Positions 12,053 to 24,082 are shown, numbered from the whole stretch's first letter. The stretch is DNA of 63,887 bases, filler included, from Globobulimina sp. (GCA_003354225.1; 45 parts of 45 records of this genome joined end to end with filler, not necessarily neighbours in it); one strand, 5' to 3'. Notes: a model not told the origin generated them from the letters alone. A program made the numbers and translations.

Positions 12053-12117
12053 TGTGATGATTGGGGTTTGAACCCAAATCTTCTTTAATAAGATGCTCTC
12101 CTTTGAGCTATCATCAC
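12053..12117 (-). ncRNA. tRNA-like element with shortened anticodon arm
   Basis: 7-bp acceptor stem, GCTC/GAGC D-stem, TTGGG-TTCAAAC-CCCAA T-arm; anticodon arm only TCTT-ATTA-AAGA. Confidence 0.7.
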
Positions 12118-12806
12118 AATAAATTCTATGTCATAATAAAAATAATAAAATCAATATTGCCCACCTCCGCTATAACCTCCTCCGCATAACCTCCTCCGCT
12201 ATACACTCCACCACCATCTCGGAAAAACACCAAAACAGTTACAAACATTATAAAAAATAAATACGTACTAGATAGCAGTGATTGGTTGTGGTTGATTGGA
12301 TCTTGTGATTGAATCGTTTGTTTGGATTGTTGATGGACAAAAAAAATGCAAATAAAAAACTCTGTTTTCAACTTTATAATACTTTTATAAAAGACTTTTA
12401 TTTATATTAAGAGGAGAATGGAGTTTTTGTTTTTGATCTTTGTATTTTGCGCATGTTCATCTGTCAGAGTAATGGCAGCAAAAACAAACGATGCGCCGTC
12501 GATTGAGAAGAAAGAAGATATTGTTAAATATAAACCAGTATCACATCCTGCACCAATATTATTGATTGACGCTCTGAAAAAAAAATTTCCAATGAGTTTC
12601 ACAAAAGAGAGGACACAAAGATGGGCCAAAACATTAAAGGAACAAGATTTAGAGTATATTAATGATTTGTTGTCTATTCCCGTATCAGCATTGAAAGCAC
12701 ATTCAGNNNNNNNNNNNNNNNNNNNNNNNNNNNNNNNNNNNNNNNNNNNNTTAATTAATTAANNNNNNNNNNNNNNNNNNNNNNNNNNNNNNNNNNNNNN
12801 NNNNNN

Positions 12807-13323
12807 ATATCTGATAAATATGAGCAATATACGAGACTCATCAAACAAGTCAACGTAATCTCTCAAGACACGGATACGAATTGGCAGAGCTCTGTGATAA
12901 AAACATCCATTGACGACTTACAACCGATGGGTTACAATGCCAATCCATCATCGCCAGCCTCACCAACTGCAGTATCACCAACATTGACTAATAAATATAG
13001 CAGTTTCAGTCGTGATGATGATGCTGTGCATAGCGGCACTGTTTCAAGAACAAAGCATAAAGCAAAGAAAAGCTTATTTGGATTTCGTAAGAAGAAATCT
13101 ACAGAAAAAGTAGCACATTCTGTAGATCCAAAACGGGAGAAATCATTAGAAACAGAAAGTGCAACTGCTACTAATGAAATGTCTGTCAGTTCCTCAGCTA
13201 TGGAACCAACATTAATATCACAGAGGTCGATATCATACGATACACAAAAGGCTGTGGCTATGATGGGTTCAAAAGCTAACGCGCCAAATGTTGCCTCTAT
13301 GTCGAGGAATACTGCTATTTCAG
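12807..13323 (+). CDS. Ser-rich exon of an unknown protein
   Basis: Open frame ending at a CAG/GTATA donor. Confidence 0.45.
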
Positions 13324-13649
13324 GTATAATTTATGTGTTGCAACAGTGCACATTCTGTATGATTTTGTAGATTTTTCATATAGCATTCAATATTTATTTA
13401 CTTATATGTTTGTTCGTTGAGTCAATTTAACACCCTCAAACACTCCATCTATGAATCCATACATCAATTCTCTTCATTCACTGCAATCAACTCCAAAAGT
13501 TTAAGTCAGATTTAATGTTTCGTTTGGTTGTGGTAAATATATATTTTCATCTGAACCATTGCCACGTTGATCTCCATATCCCCTCCAAAACAATATATCT
13601 TATTTATTTATTTAAAACAATACCACAATACACTGTTCGGTTTTCATCT

Positions 13650-14128
13650 AAGGCACTTTTTTGGAGTCCCTGGACATTCACTCGATGATCATGAGTTTCC
13701 TGCTGATACATTTATGAAATTATTGTCCAAATTTCCAAATATTCAATATTTACATTTGTACGGTGTGTGTACTCGACTCAATGCAAATAAAATTAAAGAT
13801 TTATATCCGAATCTAAAAGGTTTTAAAATGACTGGTGGCTATGAAGAGGACAGTAAATCGTTGATAAATACATTTAAAAATAATTTACATTTTTTAGGTT
13901 TCGCTGAATATGATGATGACATTGATATTGATTTTGATTTACAAAATACAAATTTTAGTAAATTGAAAGAATTGGAATTATACACTCCAACAATTAAAAC
14001 AATGAATGATATATTATTAACTGCTACAAATTTAAAGAAAGTTGTAATTGTTCCAACTATCAATAGATTAGCATTTATGACACAGAAAGAAACAAAGCAA
14101 ACAATGACAAAATTAATAACAACATGTA
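13650..14128 (+). CDS. Leucine-rich-repeat-like fragment
   Basis: FPNIQYLHL, YPNLKGF, FSKLKELEL, TNLKKVVI periodicity. Confidence 0.55.
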
Positions 14129-14228
14129 NNNNNNNNNNNNNNNNNNNNNNNNNNNNNNNNNNNNNNNNNNNNTTAATTAATTAANNNNNNNNNNNNNNNN
14201 NNNNNNNNNNNNNNNNNNNNNNNNNNNN

Positions 14229-15165
14229 AATTATTGATGGCGAGTTGTATGAATTAGTTTTATTATTTGATACAAGCGAAGAACGCCAAAAAAGACATAA
14301 TGAAAAAGTAAAATTAGTGGATCAATTTAATGATCTTCAACAAATTAATTGTTTACAATATAGATTACCGATTGGTGATTTTTGTTGGATTTTAAGAAGT
14401 GTTAAGAATCCATTAAATCAATATTTGTATCCAATCATTATTGAAAGGAAAAGAATGGACGATTTATTGTCTTCAATTAAAGACAAAAGGTATTCTGAAC
14501 AAAAGTGGAGAATGAAAAACATGGAAAATTTTAAAAAGATTTACCTCGTCGAAAGATTTTATATTGAACAAGAAACAGAAAAAAAACAAATTATGCAAGC
14601 TTTGGTTAATACGTTAATATGTGATGCATTTTTAATTTATTATACTAAATCGTTGATTGAATCTATTCAAGTTCTCGCAGATTGGCATAAAATATTACAT
14701 CAACAAATATTGCGAAAGATAGAAACAAATAAATTTGATAACAATTATAATTTTTTGCAATCCGAAAAATGTTTATTATTTCAGTCATTTACGGCCAATA
14801 ATTCATTGAATGTGAAAAAAAATATAAATATTCCAGCAAAGATATTATTTGGTCGACAATTGATGGCAATTAATGGTGTGACCGATATTATCGCTTATTT
14901 AATAACTTTAAAATACCAAACTATGAGATGTTTGTACAATGCGTGGGATAATTGTGATAATGAACAGGCTGCACAGTCATTATTATATAATGTAGTCAAT
15001 GGAACATATTTGGATTATCACAGGGATTTGGATACTGGATTAGTTAAAATAGATTTTGATTTGCAAAAAGTGTACACAACAATCAATGAGAAAACAATTA
15101 AACCCGTTTCATCAAAATTAAGTCATAAAATATGGGATTCATTGAACAATCGTAATAATATCTAA
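14229..15165 (+). CDS. MUS81: MUS81-like ERCC4 endonuclease, C-terminal part
   Basis: LPIGDFCWI, IERKRMDDLLSSIKDKRYSEQKWR, HhH region FGRQLMAINGV. Confidence 0.85.
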
Positions 15166-15650
15166 ATTTATATGCAATTGCAAATAAGGGGGTTACGGGA
15201 TCAATCTATTTAACATTTTGACTTTTGAGAAACAAACAGTGTTAATTATTTCGTATTGAGTCTGTCTGAGAATTTGTTTTGTTGAAAGACATAGTTTTGG
15301 TACGATAAGATTAAGCTAAAGATTTAAGTCGTAAGACACTGGGGTTGTTACAATGCTACAACTTGCCGAAATATTTGACGTTTTGATTCTGAATATTTAA
15401 TAAATCTATAGACCATAATTCAATCTCAACACTAAACGTCAATTAAAATCATTTAAAAAAATGCTACCTCCTTCCGAATATGTACTCAAACAAACAACCA
15501 AATAATATGTTTTTTCCAACTGTATATTCCTAAAAGCAATTCCTTGATCANNNNNNNNNNNNNNNNNNNNNNNNNNNNNNNNNNNNNNNNNNNNTTAATT
15601 AATTAANNNNNNNNNNNNNNNNNNNNNNNNNNNNNNNNNNNNNNNNNNNN

Positions 15651-15987
15651 CAGAACTGAAGCGGCTGCTGAAGCATATGGAACGGCGCTCGCCATTGATA
15701 CTGCAAACATGGATGCGAGGGAATCTCTGGGCGATATATATGTTTTGTCGGAAAACTATACGGATGCGCTGTTAATGTATTATAAAATTTTGTGTGATGA
15801 TTTAAAAAATACGGATATCGCCGGGAAATATGTCGATTCTATGAAAGCTGCCGGGAAATTAAAAGAAGCAAAAGAATTTTTGTCCTGGTATAATCAATCC
15901 AATGGATTTGAAGAAATGATGTCAGGGAATATGATTTCTTCTGCTGTAACACCAATGGGACAGAGGCAGAGTCCGAATGTTTTATAA
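15651..15987 (+). CDS. Bacterial TPR protein, 3' end
   Basis: ARESLGDIY...YTDALLMYYKIL TPR pattern; higher GC. Confidence 0.6.
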
Positions 15988-15993
15988 AAAGCC

Positions 15994-16104
15994 AGTCGAG
16001 AGTCTGGAGTCGTGAGTCGAGAGTGCAATGTTTGCCTTCGGCGGACCGATTTTAATTTAAGACAGAAAACATTATTTCGGACTCATGACTCACGACTATA
16101 AACT
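15994..16104. repeat. Inverted heptamer arrays (CGWGAGT)n ... (ACTCAYG)n
   Basis: 4 units at 15997-16024 and ~3 reverse units at 16081-16104. Confidence 0.75.
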
Positions 16105-16116
16105 AAAGGAAAACCC

Positions 16117-16972
16117 ATGATATTTGAAATCGAACCCACCATGCGTTGTAATCTTTGCTGCCCCATGTGTTCGCACGGCGCCAATCACAGGAAAGTGAGT
16201 GAAGATGAAATGACGCGGGAAGAGTGGTTGCATAATCTTTCACACTTTCTTCCTGAAGATGATCTCATTATCACAGGCGGTGAACCCACCTTGTATAAGG
16301 ACCTTGAGTTTATCATTGACACCTGGGTTGAGAAATTTGACAAGCCCGTGCTCAGGATTACGTCAAACGGCCATAACTTACGGCGGTGGTTGCCCCTGAA
16401 AGATAAGATTACGACATTTAATTTTTCCCATTACCCGGGAAGAAATGACTCAGATATTAATGCTGTAATAGAATCGGATCTCAGTTTTAAAGTGTATGCC
16501 TCAATGGATTACTTGAAATTATGGGATGTGTGGTTTGCACCGAAAAATTTCAGTATTTCCGAAGAAGTGCTTTCGGAGATTCCCCAGAAATGCGGCCTGG
16601 TTGAAACAAAGGCAGTGTGCAGAAAATTTGTCTGGCCCTGTTGTGTTGGAGGCTATTTTTATCGCCGGATAAAGGAGTTGCCGCAATATTATGGCGGTAT
16701 TGAAATCGGTTCTCCAAACTGGCGGGAACGTCTGGAAAATTTTAGTCCATGCAGGGAGATTTGCAGATACTGCTGTGTTATGCCGATCACTCAACTTTCG
16801 ACTGGTGAACTGATTCCGCTGGATAAGCGGGAACTCTCAGGACTTCAGTCACCAAAAGCAAATATAAATGAAATATTCAGCCAGGCATTTGATGATCACA
16901 AAAACGGACGGCTCGAACACGCCATTGAAGGATACCAGAAAGTCTTATTCGTTAACCCGGACCATCCAAGTG
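16117..16972 (+). CDS. Bacterial radical SAM protein with C-terminal TPR (3'-truncated)
   Basis: CNLCCPMC, TGGEPT, TSNG, auxiliary Cys cluster; AAAGGA RBS at 16105-16110. Confidence 0.85.
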
Positions 16973-17072
16973 NNNNNNNNNNNNNNNNNNNNNNNNNNNN
17001 NNNNNNNNNNNNNNNNTTAATTAATTAANNNNNNNNNNNNNNNNNNNNNNNNNNNNNNNNNNNNNNNNNNNN

Positions 17073-17480
17073 AATAGCTTACAAGATAGTAAGACGGATA
17101 AGTCCGAGAAGCAACAACAACTCGATAAATTGCATGCACCAATTAACGATTTCAACTATGTTTTTGCGATATCTGTTATATTATTTATCTCATTTTTCTC
17201 AATTTCAGTATTATTTTCGAACACAATTATACAATTCATAATGGGTTCAATGAAATTATATACACTTGGCAAATCGTTGTTGAGTATTAAAGAATACTTC
17301 ATTGGGGATATTAAGAGCCAAAGTGGCGGAAGTGTTAAGGTTAAATCTGCATCAAATGATCATAAATACCACATCGACGTTAATGATAATGTTGAAGAAG
17401 AAAAAAAGTTTGAATCGCTATCATTTGATGAGATTTTTGATATAGATGATGATGACTTAGATGACGATTTATTTATTTAA
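17073..17480 (+). CDS. Membrane protein C-terminus with acidic tail
   Basis: Hydrophobic segment and DDDD tail. Confidence 0.45.
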   Translation, partial: NSLQDSKTDKSEKQQQLDKLHAPINDFNYVFAISVILFISFFSISVLFSNTIIQFIMGSMKLYTLGKSLLSIKEYFIGDIKSQSGGSVKVKSASNDHKYHIDVNDNVEEEKKFESLSFDEIFDIDDDDLDDDLFI

Positions 17481-17540
17481 TTAATTAAACATATATTTTT
17501 TAAGTTAAAATTTATATGTTAATATATATTATAGAATAAG

Positions 17541-18394
17541 ATGGGTATTAAAGGTTTAAATAGTTTCTTAAAAAAACGATGTCCAACTGGGATTACAAAA
17601 ATCACTATGAAGAATATGAAGAATAAATATATCACAATTGATACGAGTATATATTTACATAGAATGACATATAGTTCAGAAACAAGTGCTGAAGTATTAG
17701 ATAAACTTGTAAAGTTTATGTGTAAGTTTATTCGGAATAGCACTATACCAATATTTGTGTTCGATGGAAAACCGTCGGTTGAAAAAGATAAAACCATTAA
17801 TGAACGGAGATATGGTAGAGAACAACTTGCTCTTAAAATTAAGGAGCTCGAAACAATCATGGAAAATGCTGACGAGTTTATGGCAGATATGCTTGCAAAA
17901 ATCAATAGTCTCAAAAGAAGCGCAAAGAAAATCGATTCATCTGTTATGGTTCGGTTTAAACAAATCTTAGATGCAGTTGGTTTATTTTATTGGCAAGCAG
18001 ACGGTGAAACAGATATTGCTGTGAAATATTTTAACCAATTCGAATGTGTTGAATGGGCATTAACTTGCGATTTCGATTTCTTAACCCACGGCAATAGAAA
18101 AACACTTATTAATATCAAGGCCAATGAATATATTGAATATGATGTTGATGAAATCTTGAAATGTTTAGAATTAACGATGCCGCAGTTTATAGATTTATGC
18201 ATCATGATGGGATGTGATTATACCGGAACTATTTGGAAAGTTGGTGCTGTGACGGCACATAAATTATTGAAAAAGTTTGGGACAATCGAAGAAATCATTA
18301 AAAATAAGCCGAAATATGATTACACCAAAATGGATTATGAATCTGCGCGAAAGATGTTTAACATTAACCCGGAATTAAACGTGACGCTAAAGGA
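17541..18394 (+). CDS. FEN1/XPG-family flap endonuclease, giant-virus-like
   Basis: MGIKGL, IDTSIY, PIFVFDGKP, GETD, DFDFL, GCDY, H3TH; intronless. Confidence 0.85.
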
Positions 18395-18494
18395 NNNNNN
18401 NNNNNNNNNNNNNNNNNNNNNNNNNNNNNNNNNNNNNNTTAATTAATTAANNNNNNNNNNNNNNNNNNNNNNNNNNNNNNNNNNNNNNNNNNNN

Positions 18495-19668
18495 ACGGTA
18501 AATTAGGCACATAGCTGTTTTATTTATGTATATATGTTTTTGTCACAAAGTATATATATATATATAATTAGCATACGTTCCAACCACAAACTGTACGGCC
18601 ACAGCAGCCAACAATAATGTTACCAATAATCCATATTGATCAGCTAACGAATCTTCGCCCATTGTAAACACCAAAAACGCGCCCAAAGTGGTTAAAAACA
18701 TCAAAAATATAATTTTCGATAAATAAACACCAAATTTACGTTGAATTTTTACACGAAAATTCATAAAGCTATAAACTGCCAATTGACCATCGAAATTTAC
18801 ATCGTATATCTCAGATAACATATTTTTTACATTATACTCTGTTAAATTACTGGAACCAACGTCTAAACCATTTGGAAAATCGAAAAGTCCTGAAAACGGA
18901 CAGAAATTTTGCACATTTTTCCGTTTCTTTAATTGCATTGTAATCTGTAAATCCTGTTTAAATAATACACCATGGCTATTATGTGAACTTTTGGCTTTGT
19001 TTTTGTTGTCCGATCATTCTATTTTATGTTGCTAAAAATGCTTAGATTCAATCATAAATCACAATATTTTGTTGAGCATATCACATTTTTAGCAGCCTGA
19101 AAACATAATGATTGGACATCAAAATAGCAGTTCGTGCTGTTTTTCATATATTGAAAATCCTCAAACATTGACAGAGTAAAATTTGACATACTTGACAATC
19201 AAATGGGAAATTTTGAAGTTCATATTTCTCAAACATTTCCAACTCCAATTTATAAACGACATAATTTTCATACTTCCATAATGAGTTTAAGATCTTTTGT
19301 CCATTCGTGCCAACAGCACCGACATGCAACACCCCGGAATCAATGAGCGTTTCTGACTCAACCAAGGCATTCTTAAATATTATATCCGTGTAAGCATCGT
19401 ATTCATGTTGATATAATTCCTTTGCTGTATGAGATTCTTGGTTCCATTCCTTAAAACGAATGAAATCTTGTTCTCCTCCTTGCCATGATAACGCCATTCG
19501 AATATCTGCAGAAAATGATTCGTTGATAACATCCACTTTTCGTATCCTATAAATCCAGATATGAATACCAATCAAATTGGAAGAGTTTGTCCACCATTCT
19601 GGATTATCTGCATATGGATTTTTGCCGAATTCAATGGCTTGTTCAAGTTGCTTGCTTTCTTCTGTCAT
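18495..19668 (-). CDS. Pentameric ligand-gated ion channel (Cys-less loop); exons 19668-19192, 18953-18577, 18514-18495
   Basis: FPFDCQ/DL across a GT-AG intron, M1-M2 helices, YVPNLP loop. Confidence 0.8.
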
Positions 19669-19708
19669 TTAGAATATGGTATGTCGATAGTCAGAAAAAC
19701 TGCAAGCT

Positions 19709-19816
19709 TACAAAGTCAAATACAAACCTAATGGTGAGATAGAGAGGTACAAGGCTAGACTTGTAGCTAAAGGCTTCACCCAAAAAGAAGGTTTTGATTA
19801 TTATGAAACCTTTGCT
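19709..19816 (+). mobile_element. Ty1/copia reverse transcriptase fragment
   Basis: [36 protein letters not shown]. Confidence 0.92.
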
Positions 19817-20194
19817 NNNNNNNNNNNNNNNNNNNNNNNNNNNNNNNNNNNNNNNNNNNNTTAATTAATTAANNNNNNNNNNNNNNNNNNNNNNNNNNNN
19901 NNNNNNNNNNNNNNNNTTCTTTGGTGTTCGTCTATACATATGTGTGTCTGTTTAGTTTGCAGCAATTGTTCCAACAGACCAGCGGTTCTGAGCTAGCGCA
20001 GAAATGCGGTTGTCATGTATGGATCATTCAAAATTTTATCTTCAAAACTTAAGAAATCGGAGTTTTTCATAAGAGATATCAGTTATTGATATTTATTAAT
20101 AAGGTTTTAAGCATTACAATTAAACAAATTCAACTAACACAAACGATACAAGCAAGCAATCAAAAAAAAAATCGAAATAGATATAAATTGCACA

Positions 20195-21238
20195 TCATCT
20201 TCTTGCAGACAATATTCTTCTTAACAGTCCCTTTGTGATTGGCGTCAATCTCGTTCTGGAGAATGCATCACCACAATTTTTAATGCCTTCAGCGACTGTG
20301 GGGTATGGATGGATTACGGAGCCTAAGACAGCCAAACCAATATTCGATTGCATAGCGAGCGTGAATTCATTGATTTGATCGCCAGCAGCACACGAAACAA
20401 TTGTTGCGCCCAACATTGAGTCCGTCCCTTTCTTACATAACACTTTGACAAATCCGCCATATTTATCCTCGCCATCACAGATAGCTCGGTCATTATGGCC
20501 CAAATCAATTTTAATAACATCATACTCGATTTTGCGTTCAGTTAAGTCCGCTTCGTATAATCCAACATGCGCAATCTCAGGAATTGTAAAGGTACACCAC
20601 GGGATGAGCAAATCGGACACCTTTGAACGCCCAAAAAACAACGAATTACGGATTACAATTCTAGCCATGGCGTCCGCCATATGTGTGAATTGAAAACGAG
20701 TGCAACAATCACCTGCGGCATACACGGAGCCATTGGAAGTTTGCAAGTAATCATTGACAATTATCCCTTTTCTGAATTAAACATTCAATCAAAATGTATG
20801 CAAACCACACCAAATAACGCATATATATACATACCGTTTGTCATATTTTACTTTGGCAATTTCCAAATTCATATTTTCAACATTCGGTTTCCTGCCAGTT
20901 GCGATCAACAATTCGTCGAAGGCAAAATCATGCCGTTCGTCGCCAGCCATGTCTTGCACACTGACCACAATCTTCTTATTCGCATCATATTTGACGCCGA
21001 TAAACTTCAAACCGGTCACAAATGTCACACCACACTCAATCATGGATCTTTTCACAATTTCAGCAGCGTCCACATCTTCTTTGTTCAAGACACGCGCGGA
21101 GCGGTTGAGTACAGTCACGTCGCTGCCCAACAATGCAAAAGCTTGAGCCAATTCGCAACCAATCGGACCACTGCCAATCACGCCGAATTTCACGGGGCGT
21201 TTAGTCAGATTACATACGGTTTGATTAGTCAAATATTG
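20195..21238 (-). CDS. MerA/Lpd-like pyridine nucleotide-disulfide oxidoreductase, intron 20834-20772
   Basis: GSGPIGCELAQAF, ATGRKPN, YAAGD, IHPYPT; splicing restores YDKR/KGIIVNDYLQT; no C-terminal CC pair. Confidence 0.85.
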
Positions 21239-21338
21239 NNNNNNNNNNNNNNNNNNNNNNNNNNNNNNNNNNNNNNNNNNNNTTAATTAATTAANNNNNN
21301 NNNNNNNNNNNNNNNNNNNNNNNNNNNNNNNNNNNNNN

Positions 21339-22418
21339 ATTATCAAAATATATTTCATTGAAACGCATGTCTTGAATATGTATATTTTCTTTGCTTTCAT
21401 TTTCAATCTCAATCTCATTTTCATATTCTTCAAAATAAATTGTATCAAATTCATTTTCAATAATTGGAGTCCACGGCACCTTTTTCATTTTTTTTGTTAA
21501 CAATTCCCCCCAATTTATACCATTAAAAAACGAATGTCTCATAATATCAAGTGATGTTAAACGCTTTTTTGCATTAATTGTCAATAAATTTGATAATAAA
21601 TCTTTGCAACATTCACTAAAATATGTCAATGGAAATGCCGGTTTTATCCTATAATTTTCATTAATTATATTGCTATAAACATTATTATTATCCTTGTTAT
21701 TATCATCATTATTGCATGAAAATGGTGTGAACGTAGTCAATAACTCATATATGATAACACCTAATGACCACCAATCGACTTCCAATCCATATCCTGTATT
21801 TAGTAATATTTCCGGTGCCACATATTCAGGCGTCCCGCATAACGTATATGTCTCGTTAAGTTGGATGAAATTATTAATACATTTTATTATTTTATTATTA
21901 AATTTCAATTTTTGAATATTTTCTTTGCGCAAATAACCATATAACAAATTCGAAGGTATCTTCATTTTTTTGCTGAAACCAAAATCTGTGAGTTTTATAT
22001 AACCGTCGCAATCAATTAATATATTTTCTGGTACCAATGCTCGATAAATTATATTATTTTTATGTAAATAATGCAATGCTAAAATCATTTGCGATGAATA
22101 AAAAGCTGCATGGATTTCTTTGAATTTTCCTACTTTTTTCATTAAGCAAAATAATTCGCCACCAATTACATATTCCATTATAAAATATATTTGATGTTTG
22201 TCTTGGTGCATTCCAACCATTTTTACTATAAACGGATGGGATAATGATGACAATATTTGATACTCCCAAATGGTATGTACTTGTTGACGCAAATCAAATG
22301 CGTCACTCTTTCTTATTCTTTTAATTGCCACATATTCGTTTGTTGCTACATTTTGTGCCAATTCTACCCGTCCAAAGGATCCTGTTCCGATTGTTTTTAT
22401 TAAATTATAATTCTCCAT
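21339..22418 (-). CDS. PKA-like AGC kinase; probable pseudokinase with an activation-loop insert
   Basis: GTGSFG, AIK, DFG, TLCGTPEY, DTIYFEEY tail; catalytic loop reads YRALVPEN. Confidence 0.85.
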
Positions 22419-22760
22419 TCTTTTGTATGGATATAAAAGTTCTGAAAGCGTTTCTATAATTCTATAAACAACATCGAAAATAGTTCATGATCACGCATCT
22501 AAACCTTCCACTCGCACTAAAAACTTTCCTCAGTCAACACAACACCTTCAGAAAAGTTGCACTGCGTTCATTTTTAAACCACAATCCGCATAAACTGCAA
22601 TCACACTCATTACAAACCGCAATGGCAGATAATATACCAAAACAATACCAAAGAAAACCANNNNNNNNNNNNNNNNNNNNNNNNNNNNNNNNNNNNNNNN
22701 NNNNTTAATTAATTAANNNNNNNNNNNNNNNNNNNNNNNNNNNNNNNNNNNNNNNNNNNN

Positions 22761-23393
22761 ATAAATAAAATTGGTCATGCCTTGCATACATTAGATCCGA
22801 TTATCCACTCATATGTTTATGGCTATTTACCTCAATTAACTTTTGACATTGGATACGTGCAACCTGTGCCCATCCAAAGTATGTACATCTGTAAACAGCC
22901 AGGCATTGGCGGTGAGGTTGGAATACATCAAGATTCGACATTTTTATTCACCGAACCAACTAAATCTGTGCATGGTTTATGGCTTTGTATCGATGACACC
23001 ACCATTCAGAATGGATGTATTTGGGTAGTACCAAAATCACATAATACTGGCTTAAGAAATAGATTTAAACGCTGTGATAATGACTATGATAAAACGGAAT
23101 TAGTTCCATTAATCGGTGATGGATCACTATCAAAAGAAGGTGGTATAGCTATAGAAACAAAATGTGGCGATTTATTAATAGTTCATGGCGAGCTGCTACA
23201 TTGGAGTGACGCAAATAATTCCAACCAATCAAGACATGCATTAATGATACATTGTATTGATGGACAATATGAATGGCCAAAAAATAATTGGTTACAGTAT
23301 GAAAAGGGCAATCAAGCATTTCCACAGTTTACAATCGATGATGTTAAACAACAAATTAACATCAGAGAGCAAGTTATATGCGGAAATGTGTAA
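22761..23393 (+). CDS. PHYHD1: Phytanoyl-CoA dioxygenase domain protein (5'-truncated)
   Basis: NKIGHALH, QSMYICKQPGIGGEV.HQDSTFLFTEP. Confidence 0.85.
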   Translation: MNKIGHALHTLDPIIHSYVYGYLPQLTFDIGYVQPVPIQSMYICKQPGIGGEVGIHQDSTFLFTEPTKSVHGLWLCIDDTTIQNGCIWVVPKSHNTGLRNRFKRCDNDYDKTELVPLIGDGSLSKEGGIAIETKCGDLLIVHGELLHWSDANNSNQSRHALMIHCIDGQYEWPKNNWLQYEKGNQAFPQFTIDDVKQQINIREQVICGNV

Positions 23394-23492
23394 ATGATAA
23401 CCAATCTAAATTCGCCGATTGTTTTAAAGTACGTCGATCATAACAACAAAAAACTGTACACTAAATTTTAATTATAATATTATAAAACGTCA

Positions 23493-24082
23493 TTACAAAT
23501 TTGTCAAAATATCTAAAATTTCCAACTCTTGCTGCCAGCCTGGATCATTCATTATGTTTGATTTATATTGAATATATTTCTTTAAATCTGCAAATAATTT
23601 TTTATATTTTTGCGAAGCATGTAAGCTTGCACCATTTGGATTATTTTTTGAATCTTCCTCAATCCATCGCTTAATTAACGTAACATAGCGAGTCAACACT
23701 ATTCCTTTATGAATGCCACTATTATCATAATATGATAATTTATCACCGAATATATCTGCATCTGAATCATCAACCTTTTGCTCATTTTGTTGTAAATTGC
23801 CTTCATCAGTTTCGACATCAATGTTATTATTTTTTTTATCTTTTTTCTCATCCAATGTAATAAATTGATCGTTTCTAAATACATTTCCATCTCTGTCTTC
23901 ATACGAAACCAACATCTCAACATTAACCGAATCATCATTACCTTTTTGCTTTGGCAATTTTAATTTAATTAAAATTATTCCGCCTTTCGTTCCACCCGAA
24001 CCTTTATTCTTTTTTGATGGAAATAATGTTTTAATTTGCTGTATTTGTCCATCACTAATCATTGAATCCAATTTATTTTCAT
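23493..24082 (-). CDS. C-terminus of a probable vWA-associated protein
   Basis: TLFPS...KGGIILIKL, VSYEDRDG, YDNSGIHKGIVLTRYV; family recalled, not verified. Confidence 0.45.

Noticed and set aside
20195-21238. merA mercury resistance gene
   Set aside because: No C-terminal Cys-Cys pair and no mer context
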